Assembly: GCA_023245955.1 (NCBI GenBank)
Contig: JAHFJI010000003.1
Coordinates: 1-38,486 of the forward strand
DNA from: Candidatus Doudnabacteria bacterium
GTDB lineage: Bacteria > Patescibacteriota > Doudnabacteria > UBA920
Direction: 5' to 3'
Length of the DNA stretch: 38,486 bases
The position numbers and the translations under genes were made by a program. Below the pieces are notes generated by a model. That model saw only the letters and a program-made list of their open reading frames with translations. It made no database searches and was not told where the DNA came from. This document shows, piece by piece, positions 1-7,348 of this stretch (position 1 is the first letter of the stretch; each line of letters starts with the position of its first letter).

Positions 1-1
1 G

Positions 2-490
2 AGAAAGTTCAACAACCATTTTGGAGCCACTTTCCCGGAACCAAAGAATCACTTACTCAAGCCGTTACGCATCATGAGTCTTAAAGACCCGAGTAAAAAA
101 ATGAGCAAGACTCATGACGAACCGCTTTACTTAGATGACTTACCAGCTGAACTGGAAAAAAAGATTAAAAAAGCGGTTACGGCAACTAGTGGTAACGGAG
201 AATCCCTTGGAGCAGAAAACTTACTTTATTTACTCTCTCAGTTCGGTACCCAGGAACACATAGCACAGTTCGCAAGTGCCAAAAAAGATGGCTCTATCAA
301 ATATAGTGAGATTAAAACAGTACTAGCAGAAAGCATCGCCAACCACTTTGCGGACTTCCGAGAAAAGAAAAAAGAACTTCTTGCCAGACCAGACAGACTT
401 GCTCAGATACTTGGTGACGGCGCGCACAAAGCCCGCGAGGTAGCAAGTGCGACACTCACAGAAGTCAAACAAAAAATTGGACTGCTCTAG
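2..490 (+). CDS. trpS: Tryptophanyl-tRNA synthetase, C-terminal part (runs off window start)
   Basis: Frame open from base 2 (RKFNNHFGATFPEP...RIMSLKDPSKKMSK). KMSKS-type motif and the typical TrpRS end (IL.DGA.KAR.VA..TL.EVK..IGL). Confidence 0.95.
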   Translation, partial: RKFNNHFGATFPEPKNHLLKPLRIMSLKDPSKKMSKTHDEPLYLDDLPAELEKKIKKAVTATSGNGESLGAENLLYLLSQFGTQEHIAQFASAKKDGSIKYSEIKTVLAESIANHFADFREKKKELLARPDRLAQILGDGAHKAREVASATLTEVKQKIGLL

Positions 491-504
491 CAGTCCAATT
501 TTTT
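471..504. terminator. Intrinsic terminator hairpin after trpS
   Basis: aaaaaattggactgct-ct-agcagtccaatttttt, perfect 16-bp arms including A/T tracts. Confidence 0.75.
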
Positions 505-526
505 AAACCCTATCAACTCACCGCCT

Positions 527-621
527 TGTCATTGCGAGGAGGCTTTGCGACGTGGCAATCTATACTTATAATTTAGACGGGTTGGATTGCTTCTCCGCCA
601 GCTGGCGGATTCGCAATGACA
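527..621. repeat. RPE/REP-like palindromic element (TGTCATTGCGA...TCGCAATGACA)
   Basis: 11-bp terminal inverted repeats, inner gcaatc/gattgc pair and tccgccagctggcgga hairpin; lies between convergent genes. Confidence 0.8.
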
Positions 622-641
622 GAGCATACGTGCATCACATC

Positions 642-1445
642 TTACCTAGCCTTACTCAACAACGCTCGAATAACTTTTTTTGTCGCCTCTATGTTAGCTA
701 CAGACACGTAGTCTACTCCGGTTTTTACCACTGCGTAGTCGTTACCGCCAGGAAATATGGCGTCCCCCACAAAGACCATGTCTTTAATTTTTACCCGTAC
801 GTATTTTTGAATTTGCCGAATGCCGTAGGCTTTGTCGGCTCCTTTTTTTGTAACATCTATAGAAGTAAAACCAGCGGCGTGGACTGCTAAATTGGGTAAA
901 TATTTCTGCATAAGTGTAACTATTCGCATTTTGGTTTTAATATGTTTGCGCCCCCATTGTTCCTTAAGCAACACACCTTTCCTTCCCAGAACAGTAACTG
1001 CATCCTGCCCGAAAACCGAAAAAGTTACTTCGGTCTTGCGGTCTTCTATTAGCTTACCGTAGGTTTTTTTTGGCTCTTTATAACCAATTTCTGCAAACAC
1101 TTTTTCAAATGTCTGTTTAATTTTTACTCGCTGCAACTTTGTAAGTGGGTGGGTGTATACTTGCTGCCACCCATGGTGGTGTTTATAAAATGCTGCAGCT
1201 GTAGTTGGGAACAAAAAAAGATTGTCTAACAAAACTCCCCGGTCAGTTAACTTCCGCAAAAATAAATCCTGGAAAACCGCGTATTTACCCCCACCAATAA
1301 TTGCCACTTTTTTTGTAGCAAGTAATTGGCTAAACAATGTAGCCATTTCTCTGTCCACAGGTGACTTAGTACGTATGAGTGTGCCGTCTAGGTCGAACAC
1401 AATTACTTTTTTTGGCTTAAGTTTTTCTGGATGTGTAACTTTCAT
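642..1445 (-). CDS. HAD-superfamily IIB hydrolase, phosphomannomutase-like
   Basis: FDLDGTL motif I, K-AYGI, and FVGDAIFPGGND motif characteristic of PMM-like HAD IIB enzymes. Confidence 0.88.
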   Translation of the reverse strand: MKVTHPEKLKPKKVIVFDLDGTLIRTKSPVDREMATLFSQLLATKKVAIIGGGKYAVFQDLFLRKLTDRGVLLDNLFLFPTTAAAFYKHHHGWQQVYTHPLTKLQRVKIKQTFEKVFAEIGYKEPKKTYGKLIEDRKTEVTFSVFGQDAVTVLGRKGVLLKEQWGRKHIKTKMRIVTLMQKYLPNLAVHAAGFTSIDVTKKGADKAYGIRQIQKYVRVKIKDMVFVGDAIFPGGNDYAVVKTGVDYVSVANIEATKKVIRALLSKAR

Positions 1446-1549
1446 ATGTAACTGTATGTACTCCGATAATTTTTGACCCTGCTCTATCTACATAAATAGT
1501 ATATACTGCCTTGGCGAAGTTACAAATTTCCTTTACACTATATAATAAT

Positions 1550-1576
1550 ATGTCATTTCAAATTGGCATAGCGTGA
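1550..1576 (+). pseudogene. Orphaned native 5' end of ychF (MSFQIG-IA*) at the left junction
   Basis: ATG TCA TTT CAA ATT GG joins to 8956 onward to give MSFQIGIVGLPNVGKST, a canonical YchF N-terminus. Preceded by TACACT/TATAAT -10-like boxes. Confidence 0.88.
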
Positions 1577-1703
1577 ACACAACCAGACATCTTATTCCAT
1601 TCGAGTTTAATATAAAAATCCCAAACCACATTTGGAAAGTTAATGCCTCCAGGGGCATTACTGGCAAATTTGAGAGGGTTAAACAAAAATAGGCTCTTGT
1701 AGC

Positions 1704-2144
1704 CTATTTTGTTTTATCAGTTGAGGTTAAAATCAATTTCCCTTCGGGTTTAGTCCAATCTGTAAATCTCCACCAATTTGGAACAAACAAGAAGCACACA
1801 TAATTTTCACCAACCGATTTGCCAAGTTTTTCTGGAAATTTGCCATGATAGACATTCTCGTACAAATCAGCTTCGCTATCTTTTATCAACCTAGCTATTC
1901 CATCCATTTGAAAAGTCTTCATATTGGCCTCGTTAGAACCGATAACTATGGATGCTCTGGTTTCTTGTTTACCAAACAATGGTTCGCTTTTTTTATAACG
2001 CTTATCAGTTTCAAAGAAAAACATCAATGGGTCATCTTGATGAGCAAAATGAACAGTTGCAGCATGAGGCGCGCCATCCATCATTTCCACCGCCAAAACA
2101 CAAATTCGTTGACTGGATATGTAATCTAAAATTTCCTTGCTCAT
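1704..2144 (-). CDS. Pyridoxamine 5'-phosphate oxidase-like (FMN-binding split barrel) protein
   Basis: CVLAVEMMDGAPHAATVHF...FFETDKRYKK and QMDGIA patterns fit the PNPOx-like family. Confidence 0.75.
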   Translation of the reverse strand: MSKEILDYISSQRICVLAVEMMDGAPHAATVHFAHQDDPLMFFFETDKRYKKSEPLFGKQETRASIVIGSNEANMKTFQMDGIARLIKDSEADLYENVYHGKFPEKLGKSVGENYVCFLFVPNWWRFTDWTKPEGKLILTSTDKTK

Positions 2145-2599
2145 AAATATGCTTTTAACTTATCAGCGTATGGTTTCTTTTCTTCCATAGTTGGCCAATA
2201 GGTATCTTTATGGTTCAAATAAAGATTGTCATCCTTATATCGAGGATAAATATGAAGATGATAATGCCATACATCTTGATTACCTGCTGGTTCGTTGTGT
2301 TGTCTTGTAGACACCCCATCACATAGATATGCCATTTTGAAAGCGACTGCGATACGCTTTGATAAATCAAAAATTTTATGGCCAATTTCTTCGGGTAAAT
2401 CGTAAAGGTTTTCTATATGTTGATTTGGAACAATAATTACATGGCCTGGATTTGACCTCCACCATTTACCAGCAATAAAGGCCGTTAACAACTCGTCCCT
2501 AAAAACAACGCTGCCTTCTTGGCTTCCATATTCGGTCGGTTCACCCTTGGCAATCTGACATAACGGACAAATATATTTTTGCGGTTCGTGGTTATACAT
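2141..2599 (-). CDS. HIT family hydrolase
   Basis: CPLC N-terminus, GHVIIVP, AGNQDVWHYHLHIYPRY histidine triad. Confidence 0.93.
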   Translation of the reverse strand: MYNHEPQKYICPLCQIAKGEPTEYGSQEGSVVFRDELLTAFIAGKWWRSNPGHVIIVPNQHIENLYDLPEEIGHKIFDLSKRIAVAFKMAYLCDGVSTRQHNEPAGNQDVWHYHLHIYPRYKDDNLYLNHKDTYWPTMEEKKPYADKLKAYL

Positions 2600-2712
2600 A
2601 TGAGAATGATAGCAAAAAATGCCTTTTTAAGCGATTTCTTATCACGAGTCCATAATGTTTACTATTTACCTAGTTTATGACAAAATTAGGGTAATTTTAA
2701 GACCATAACAGC

Positions 2713-4440
2713 ATGAAGCTTATATACCAAAAAGACTATATTTCTATTCACAAGTTCAACCCTATTGAGTTGCCAAATTTTGTTGTCCTTACAGGAGTAA
2801 ATGGTTCAGGCAAAAGCCACTTATTAGAAGCAATTGCTAATAAATCTATAGTCCTAGAAGGGGAAGAAAACGCCAAAGTTATACGATTTGATTATAGAGA
2901 TTTTTATTTAGAAAACGAGGCAGCTTATAATGCCCGTCAAATTATTGACGACAGAACAAATGCTTGGAACTTTTTCCAAAACAATATACAAAACCAAATT
3001 AAATCATTTAGGGATAGCCTTGCTCCTGATTATGAAAAATTAGCTGAAATATCTCGCATAAATTTCAAAAACTTTCTTGACCTAAAAGAAACGGATATTA
3101 ACGAGACGGCTCTTTTTGATAAATATAAACAATATAAAACAAACTTCCGTAATTTCGCTAACCAAGAAAATCATAGAAATAATCAGCAAGCGCTGGGTGT
3201 TTTTCCTATTGCCTATAGTATTCCATATAGCTTGGATGAACTTGAAAAAGAACAGTTTGATTATTTATATAAACCATATCAATTCAAAAATGATTTCTTA
3301 CCTCAACAATTGGGTAAAGTTATTTGGGACTACCAAATAAAATATCGAACAAACGAAATAAATGAATTTGAAAATGAAAAACACGGAAAAAATTACCCTG
3401 TTATTTCCGAAGAGGACTTTATAAAATTACATGGTTCAAAACCTTGGGAAATACTAAACAGTATCCTTGAAAAATTCGGAACGATTGAATATAGATTACC
3501 TTCTCCCGAAGGAAGTGATTATTATAGCGATTTTCAGTTTAGATTGGAGCATCCCAACAAACACTTAAAAATAGATTTTTCGTCCTTGTCTTCTGGTGAA
3601 AAAGTGCTAATGGCACTTGTTGCATCGATATACAAAGCATCTTCTGACCAGCATTTCCCGGACATTTTATTGTTGGATGAAATTGATGCATCACTACATC
3701 CTTCAATGATAAAAAATTTGCTGGACACTATGAACGATATTTTTCTTAAAAATGGGACTAAAGTAATTCTAGTTACTCACTCTCCTACAACCGTAGCCCT
3801 AGCCCCCGAAGACTCAATATATGTTATGAATAAATTGGGAGAAAGTCGTATTGAAAAGAAAAATAGGAACGATGCGTTAAGTATTTTGACCGAAGGTTTT
3901 GCTACCTTAGAAGAAGGTCTTAAAATTTTTGACGAAATAAGTAAACAAGATATATCAATTATTTCCGAAGGTAAAAATGTTGAGTTGATAAAAAAAGCGT
4001 TAGAATTAAACGAGATTAAAGATATTGATGTCATTACTGGTGTAGAGGGAAATTCGGGCGATAGCCAATTAAGAACGATTTTCGATTTTTTATCCAAAAT
4101 CCCTCATCAGAAAAAGGTAATTATTGTTTGGGACTCTGATGTAAAATATATCCTGCAAGCACAAAATAGCACTTATCCCTTCATTTTCCCTGTAAACCCT
4201 GGTAATAAGTTAGCGGAACGAGGAATTGAAAATTTATTTGCCAAAGAATTATTTTCAAATTTTATCACAACTGTGAAAGACTCTAAAGATAAAGAGTTAA
4301 AAAAGTTTGACTCTAACAGAAAGAGTGATTTTGTAAATTTAATTATATCTAGAAATAAAAAAGATGATTTTGCAAACTTTAAGCCTCTATTAGATAAAAT
4401 CGAGGAAATAAGAAAACAAAATGGCAGCTCCAAAGGGTAA
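2713..4440 (+). CDS. ABC-type (AAA_15/AAA_21) ATPase with C-terminal TOPRIM-like domain, OLD-family-like
   Basis: Walker A GVNGSGKS, signature LSSGE, Walker B LLLDE, H-loop VTHSP; downstream ISEGK...VWDSD...GIENLF fit TOPRIM motifs. Confidence 0.8.
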   Translation: MKLIYQKDYISIHKFNPIELPNFVVLTGVNGSGKSHLLEAIANKSIVLEGEENAKVIRFDYRDFYLENEAAYNARQIIDDRTNAWNFFQNNIQNQIKSFRDSLAPDYEKLAEISRINFKNFLDLKETDINETALFDKYKQYKTNFRNFANQENHRNNQQALGVFPIAYSIPYSLDELEKEQFDYLYKPYQFKNDFLPQQLGKVIWDYQIKYRTNEINEFENEKHGKNYPVISEEDFIKLHGSKPWEILNSILEKFGTIEYRLPSPEGSDYYSDFQFRLEHPNKHLKIDFSSLSSGEKVLMALVASIYKASSDQHFPDILLLDEIDASLHPSMIKNLLDTMNDIFLKNGTKVILVTHSPTTVALAPEDSIYVMNKLGESRIEKKNRNDALSILTEGFATLEEGLKIFDEISKQDISIISEGKNVELIKKALELNEIKDIDVITGVEGNSGDSQLRTIFDFLSKIPHQKKVIIVWDSDVKYILQAQNSTYPFIFPVNPGNKLAERGIENLFAKELFSNFITTVKDSKDKELKKFDSNRKSDFVNLIISRNKKDDFANFKPLLDKIEEIRKQNGSSKG

Positions 4441-4750
4441 TACAAACGCTATTGGAAACAGTGGCGGCAAAACAGTTAATGACCGAAAACTGGCTGCTGA
4501 AATCAGAGGCTTAGCCTTAAAGAAAATCAAAGTAATTTTGAAAGGCAAAGAGTCAGAATTTCAGAGGCAGATTTTGTTGCGTCTTGCTGGTAGTGTATTA
4601 CCTCGTCTCAAAGAAGCCGATAGTGTTTACGAACCGCCTATCATAATGTTTGACCCTGCTTTTAAGCCAGTGGTCTTGGAAAAGCGCGTATTAGAAAACA
4701 GAATAATGGATGATGATTTGAGTTCCCAAGCTATGCGAAAACAGCTATAA
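4421..4750 (+). CDS. Hypothetical protein with terminase-small-subunit-like N-terminus
   Basis: MAAPKGNTNAIGNSGG resembles the APKGNxNAxG motif of many phage small terminases; overlaps the upstream stop. Confidence 0.55.
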   Translation: MAAPKGNTNAIGNSGGKTVNDRKLAAEIRGLALKKIKVILKGKESEFQRQILLRLAGSVLPRLKEADSVYEPPIIMFDPAFKPVVLEKRVLENRIMDDDLSSQAMRKQL

Positions 4751-4789
4751 TGTAAATACAATTTAATGCCTAAACCTGTAGTAATATAG

Positions 4790-4938
4790 GCATGGCGCTA
4801 AAAACTCATGACAATACTGAACCCTACGTTCAGCTACTTGTCATGAGTCGTACCTCGAAAGGGGTGCGGGGCTGCAAAGTCCATGCTGGCGTGGGGCTTT
4901 GTGTTCCTGCCAGCGGAAACACTTAAAAGGCATGGACT
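4790..4938 (+). promoter_or_regulatory. Candidate structured leader RNA (multi-stem, GAAA tetraloop, alternative pairing over the start codon)
   Basis: Stems 4804-4814/4838-4848, 4817-4822/4828-4833 and 4849-4856/4861-4868 (GAAA loop). 4878-4886 is complementary to 4930-4938, which contains the ATG. Confidence 0.5.
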
Positions 4939-5324
4939 CAAAACAATTTATAAATGATGAAGTATTAAAAATAGACAATCGTCTATTTTGCGCACGCATT
5001 ATCGGTTACTCTGTTAGTTACTTTTTAATTTCTTGGTGGCTTAACAGCATTAGGACAACTGCCTCACTTTGGATTGTCTGGCCATTGATAATAATCCAAT
5101 TTGTATTATATTTTTCAATTTTTTATACGAGCTATTCGCGTTCAAAGGTTTTTGGTCTCAATAAGACTCTAGCGCTTATTATTTTTGTCGTACTTACTGT
5201 TGTGGGTAGAGTTAATGACTGGGAAGTATTGGTTATACCTCTTTTGGCTGTTGTTATGATTATTCTCTCGTCTCGAAATAAAAAGGTTTCTAAAGAGTGG
5301 CTATCTACTCAATCCGAAAAATAG
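4932..5324 (+). CDS. Small integral membrane protein (about 4 TM)
   Basis: Four hydrophobic segments; start moved to ATG 4932 (MDSKQF), preceded by aaaagg. Confidence 0.7.
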   Translation: MDSKQFINDEVLKIDNRLFCARIIGYSVSYFLISWWLNSIRTTASLWIVWPLIIIQFVLYFSIFYTSYSRSKVFGLNKTLALIIFVVLTVVGRVNDWEVLVIPLLAVVMIILSSRNKKVSKEWLSTQSEK

Positions 5325-5332
5325 CATACTAT

Positions 5333-5599
5333 ATGTCAGAAGACGGAAATTGCACACATGTCAGACAAGGAACTGTAATGATAGGTTATAGTCCTAAAAA
5401 GGACTCCCTATTGTATAAAATGTCAGCCTGCCTCGATTGTGGCCTGTATATGGACTCATTGGGTCATTTGGCTAGTTTTGAGCAGGATGCATCAGAAGAG
5501 CTTGGCAGAGAATGGAAATGGAAAGAAACGCATATGACGGCACAAGAATTGGAGAGTTGGCGACCAGAAGACAATACACGCATAGTCTGTATTCCATAA
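5333..5599 (+). CDS. Hypothetical protein, possible Zn-binding (CxH...CxxC)
   Basis: MSEDGNCTH...ACLDCG; follows the upstream stop by 8 nt. Confidence 0.55.
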   Translation: MSEDGNCTHVRQGTVMIGYSPKKDSLLYKMSACLDCGLYMDSLGHLASFEQDASEELGREWKWKETHMTAQELESWRPEDNTRIVCIP

Positions 5600-5708
5600 A
5601 TCCCTTCCTAATTTGGCCTTATTTGCATGGGTAATTGAGTTTACTCAATGATTTTAGATTATCCCAAATTATCACCAAATGTTAGAATGATTAAAATAAT
5701 ACTTTTCT

Positions 5709-6401
5709 ATGAGGTTAAAGTATTCAAAATCTAACGAGCTGTGGCATCGGATTATTGTAAGAAAAAAGGTGCGGGAGCTGGTCGAAAAATTCCGAACAGA
5801 ATGGAACATACCTAAGTATGGTTTTGACGATGAAGAAAAAACAAAAAAATTCATGCTTGAAAATAGAGGAAAATTTTGGAAGCCTCTCAATGAATACATT
5901 AAGCAGTGCAGAGAGGATATAAGTTTTCCAAATGATGCTCAATTTCAATATGAAATGATATGGCATTTTATCAATGGCCACGCAGACGGCGAAGGATTAA
6001 ATTTCACTGGATGCGATTTAGATTTGAGCAACTACAACAAAGATGGGACAATTGCTATTAAAATTGGTGTTAATTCAACCGCGGAAGATGTAAAAGATTT
6101 TATAAATAGCAAAAAAGGCTTCATTGTCGCATTGCAAAAAGATTATAGGAAAAAACACAATCTTAAAACTTCAAAAATTAGGAGCAGTAATAACAGGAGT
6201 AGGGATGCTTTAATTTATTACTTTGCTCAAAGACCAATAAATGAACTTTACCAAGCTGTCTTAAACAAAGACCCTGATTATGTCAGGCCTGGTTATAAAG
6301 AAGCAATCATAAAGAAACTTTTAGAAGAATTTAGGATAAAAATTAACGATACAGAAATCAAAATGATAATAAGTCGTCAAAGAAAACTACGAGACAAGTA
6401 A
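5709..6401 (+). CDS. Hypothetical protein (230 aa), basic C-terminus possibly DNA-binding
   Basis: Long ORF in AT-rich DNA followed by terminator-like hairpins; no family recognised. Confidence 0.7.
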   Translation: MRLKYSKSNELWHRIIVRKKVRELVEKFRTEWNIPKYGFDDEEKTKKFMLENRGKFWKPLNEYIKQCREDISFPNDAQFQYEMIWHFINGHADGEGLNFTGCDLDLSNYNKDGTIAIKIGVNSTAEDVKDFINSKKGFIVALQKDYRKKHNLKTSKIRSSNNRSRDALIYYFAQRPINELYQAVLNKDPDYVRPGYKEAIIKKLLEEFRIKINDTEIKMIISRQRKLRDK

Positions 6402-6456
6402 CACTTATGTTGTCTACATAAGTGTAGGTATATTGCAGTTTCAATATCGTGTTTAA

Positions 6457-6485
6457 TAAATCCATAGTGAAGACTATGGTTTTTT
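6457..6485 (+). terminator. Putative intrinsic terminator
   Basis: ccatagt-gaag-actatgg followed by a T run. Confidence 0.55.
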
Positions 6486-6497
6486 AATTTCATAGAT

Positions 6498-6570
6498 TTC
6501 CTGAGGTAAATCCCGCTAGGGATTTGGACAGCCCAACCTCAGGAACTGTCCAAGTCCTCAGCGGCATTTA
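6498..6570. other. Non-coding hairpin with loop-pairing (pseudoknot or switch potential)
   Basis: 6507-6531 pairs with 6546-6570; loop segment acctcaggaa (6536-6545) is the perfect complement of ttcctgaggt (6498-6507). Confidence 0.55.
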
Positions 6571-7003
6571 TTTTACTCTTACAGCTTAAATCTAGGCTTT
6601 AAGCGCAAGGTAAATCCTTGCGTCGCCCCAATCTCTACGAGATAGCCTGCGGACGATAAATGGCAGGTGGCAAGTGTGCCAGATAACGGAATACTCATCT
6701 GTTGCAGACAAAGGCAACGAGCGAAGCGTTAATCTTCGCCGCCGAATATCACAACATTATTACCAGATTACTACATAAATAAGAATGGACTGCAAAGATA
6801 GGAAACGGCTCGTGGGTGGTGGGGCTAAGTAAGACAATAGCAAAACAATATGCGAAACAAGCACTACAAAACTAAATGTTTTAGATTATCCGATGAAATT
6901 TCGGCGGAGCTTAAAGCATCACGAGAACTATCGAAGTTATCTTGGAACTTATATTTCAAAGCAATGCTCAAAAAAGCACAAAAGCAAAATAGGGATAACA
7001 AGC

Positions 7004-7153
7004 ATGAGAAAGAAGCCAAAAAATAAGTTAAAACTGCCTGAACTTGATTATATCTTTTCAGACAAGAATGCCCAGCGTCTCAACGCCGCTTTTGATATTA
7101 TATTTGAAGAAACTCTAAAGACTTTTGGTAATTTGACAACTAAGAACAATTAG
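7004..7153 (+). CDS. Small hypothetical protein (49 aa) upstream of the xis-int pair
   Basis: MRKKPKNKLKLPELDYIFSDKNAQRLNAAFDIIFEETL; internal ATG of ORF 6893-7153 preferred. Confidence 0.5.
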   Translation: MRKKPKNKLKLPELDYIFSDKNAQRLNAAFDIIFEETLKTFGNLTTKNN

Positions 7154-7168
7154 GAATATAATAACTTC

Positions 7169-7348
7169 ATGGAATTTATGACCTTAGAACAAGTGGCCAA
7201 ATACTTTGGGGTTCACCCTCGCACTGTTATGCGCTGGCTTCAACAGGGTAGTCTTAAGGGCTATAAGTTGGGCAAAGGCAAAACTGCCCTACTTCGTATA
7301 CCTAAAATTGAGGTTAAAAGATTTTTAGATAAACACAAAATAAAATGA
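7169..7348 (+). CDS. Excisionase-like MerR/HTH_17 DNA-binding protein (59 aa; not in ORF track)
   Basis: Translated by hand: MEFMTLEQVAKYFGVHPRTVMRWLQQGSLKGYKLGKGKTALLRIPKIEVKRFLDKHKIK*; ATGA overlap with the integrase start. Confidence 0.9.
   Translation: MEFMTLEQVAKYFGVHPRTVMRWLQQGSLKGYKLGKGKTALLRIPKIEVKRFLDKHKIK

Noticed and set aside
552-890. ORF 552-890 and the many antisense or overlapping ORFs in the track (e.g. 13187-13660, 34668-35135, 37596-38036)
   Set aside because: Shadows of well-supported genes or of repeats, with no recognisable motifs.
1562-1569. Alternative crossover at the AT dinucleotides (1562-1563 or 1568-1569)
   Set aside because: Centring on GG gives the symmetric attP arms (16/26) and an aatt-GG-aatt attB; a 3-bp shift to either AT would put those arms out of register.
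4790-6570. Assigning the island's structured regions to c4 antisense RNA or a known ribozyme
   Set aside because: I could not match the conserved cores by eye (e.g. no CUGAnGA hammerhead core); left as unassigned candidates.
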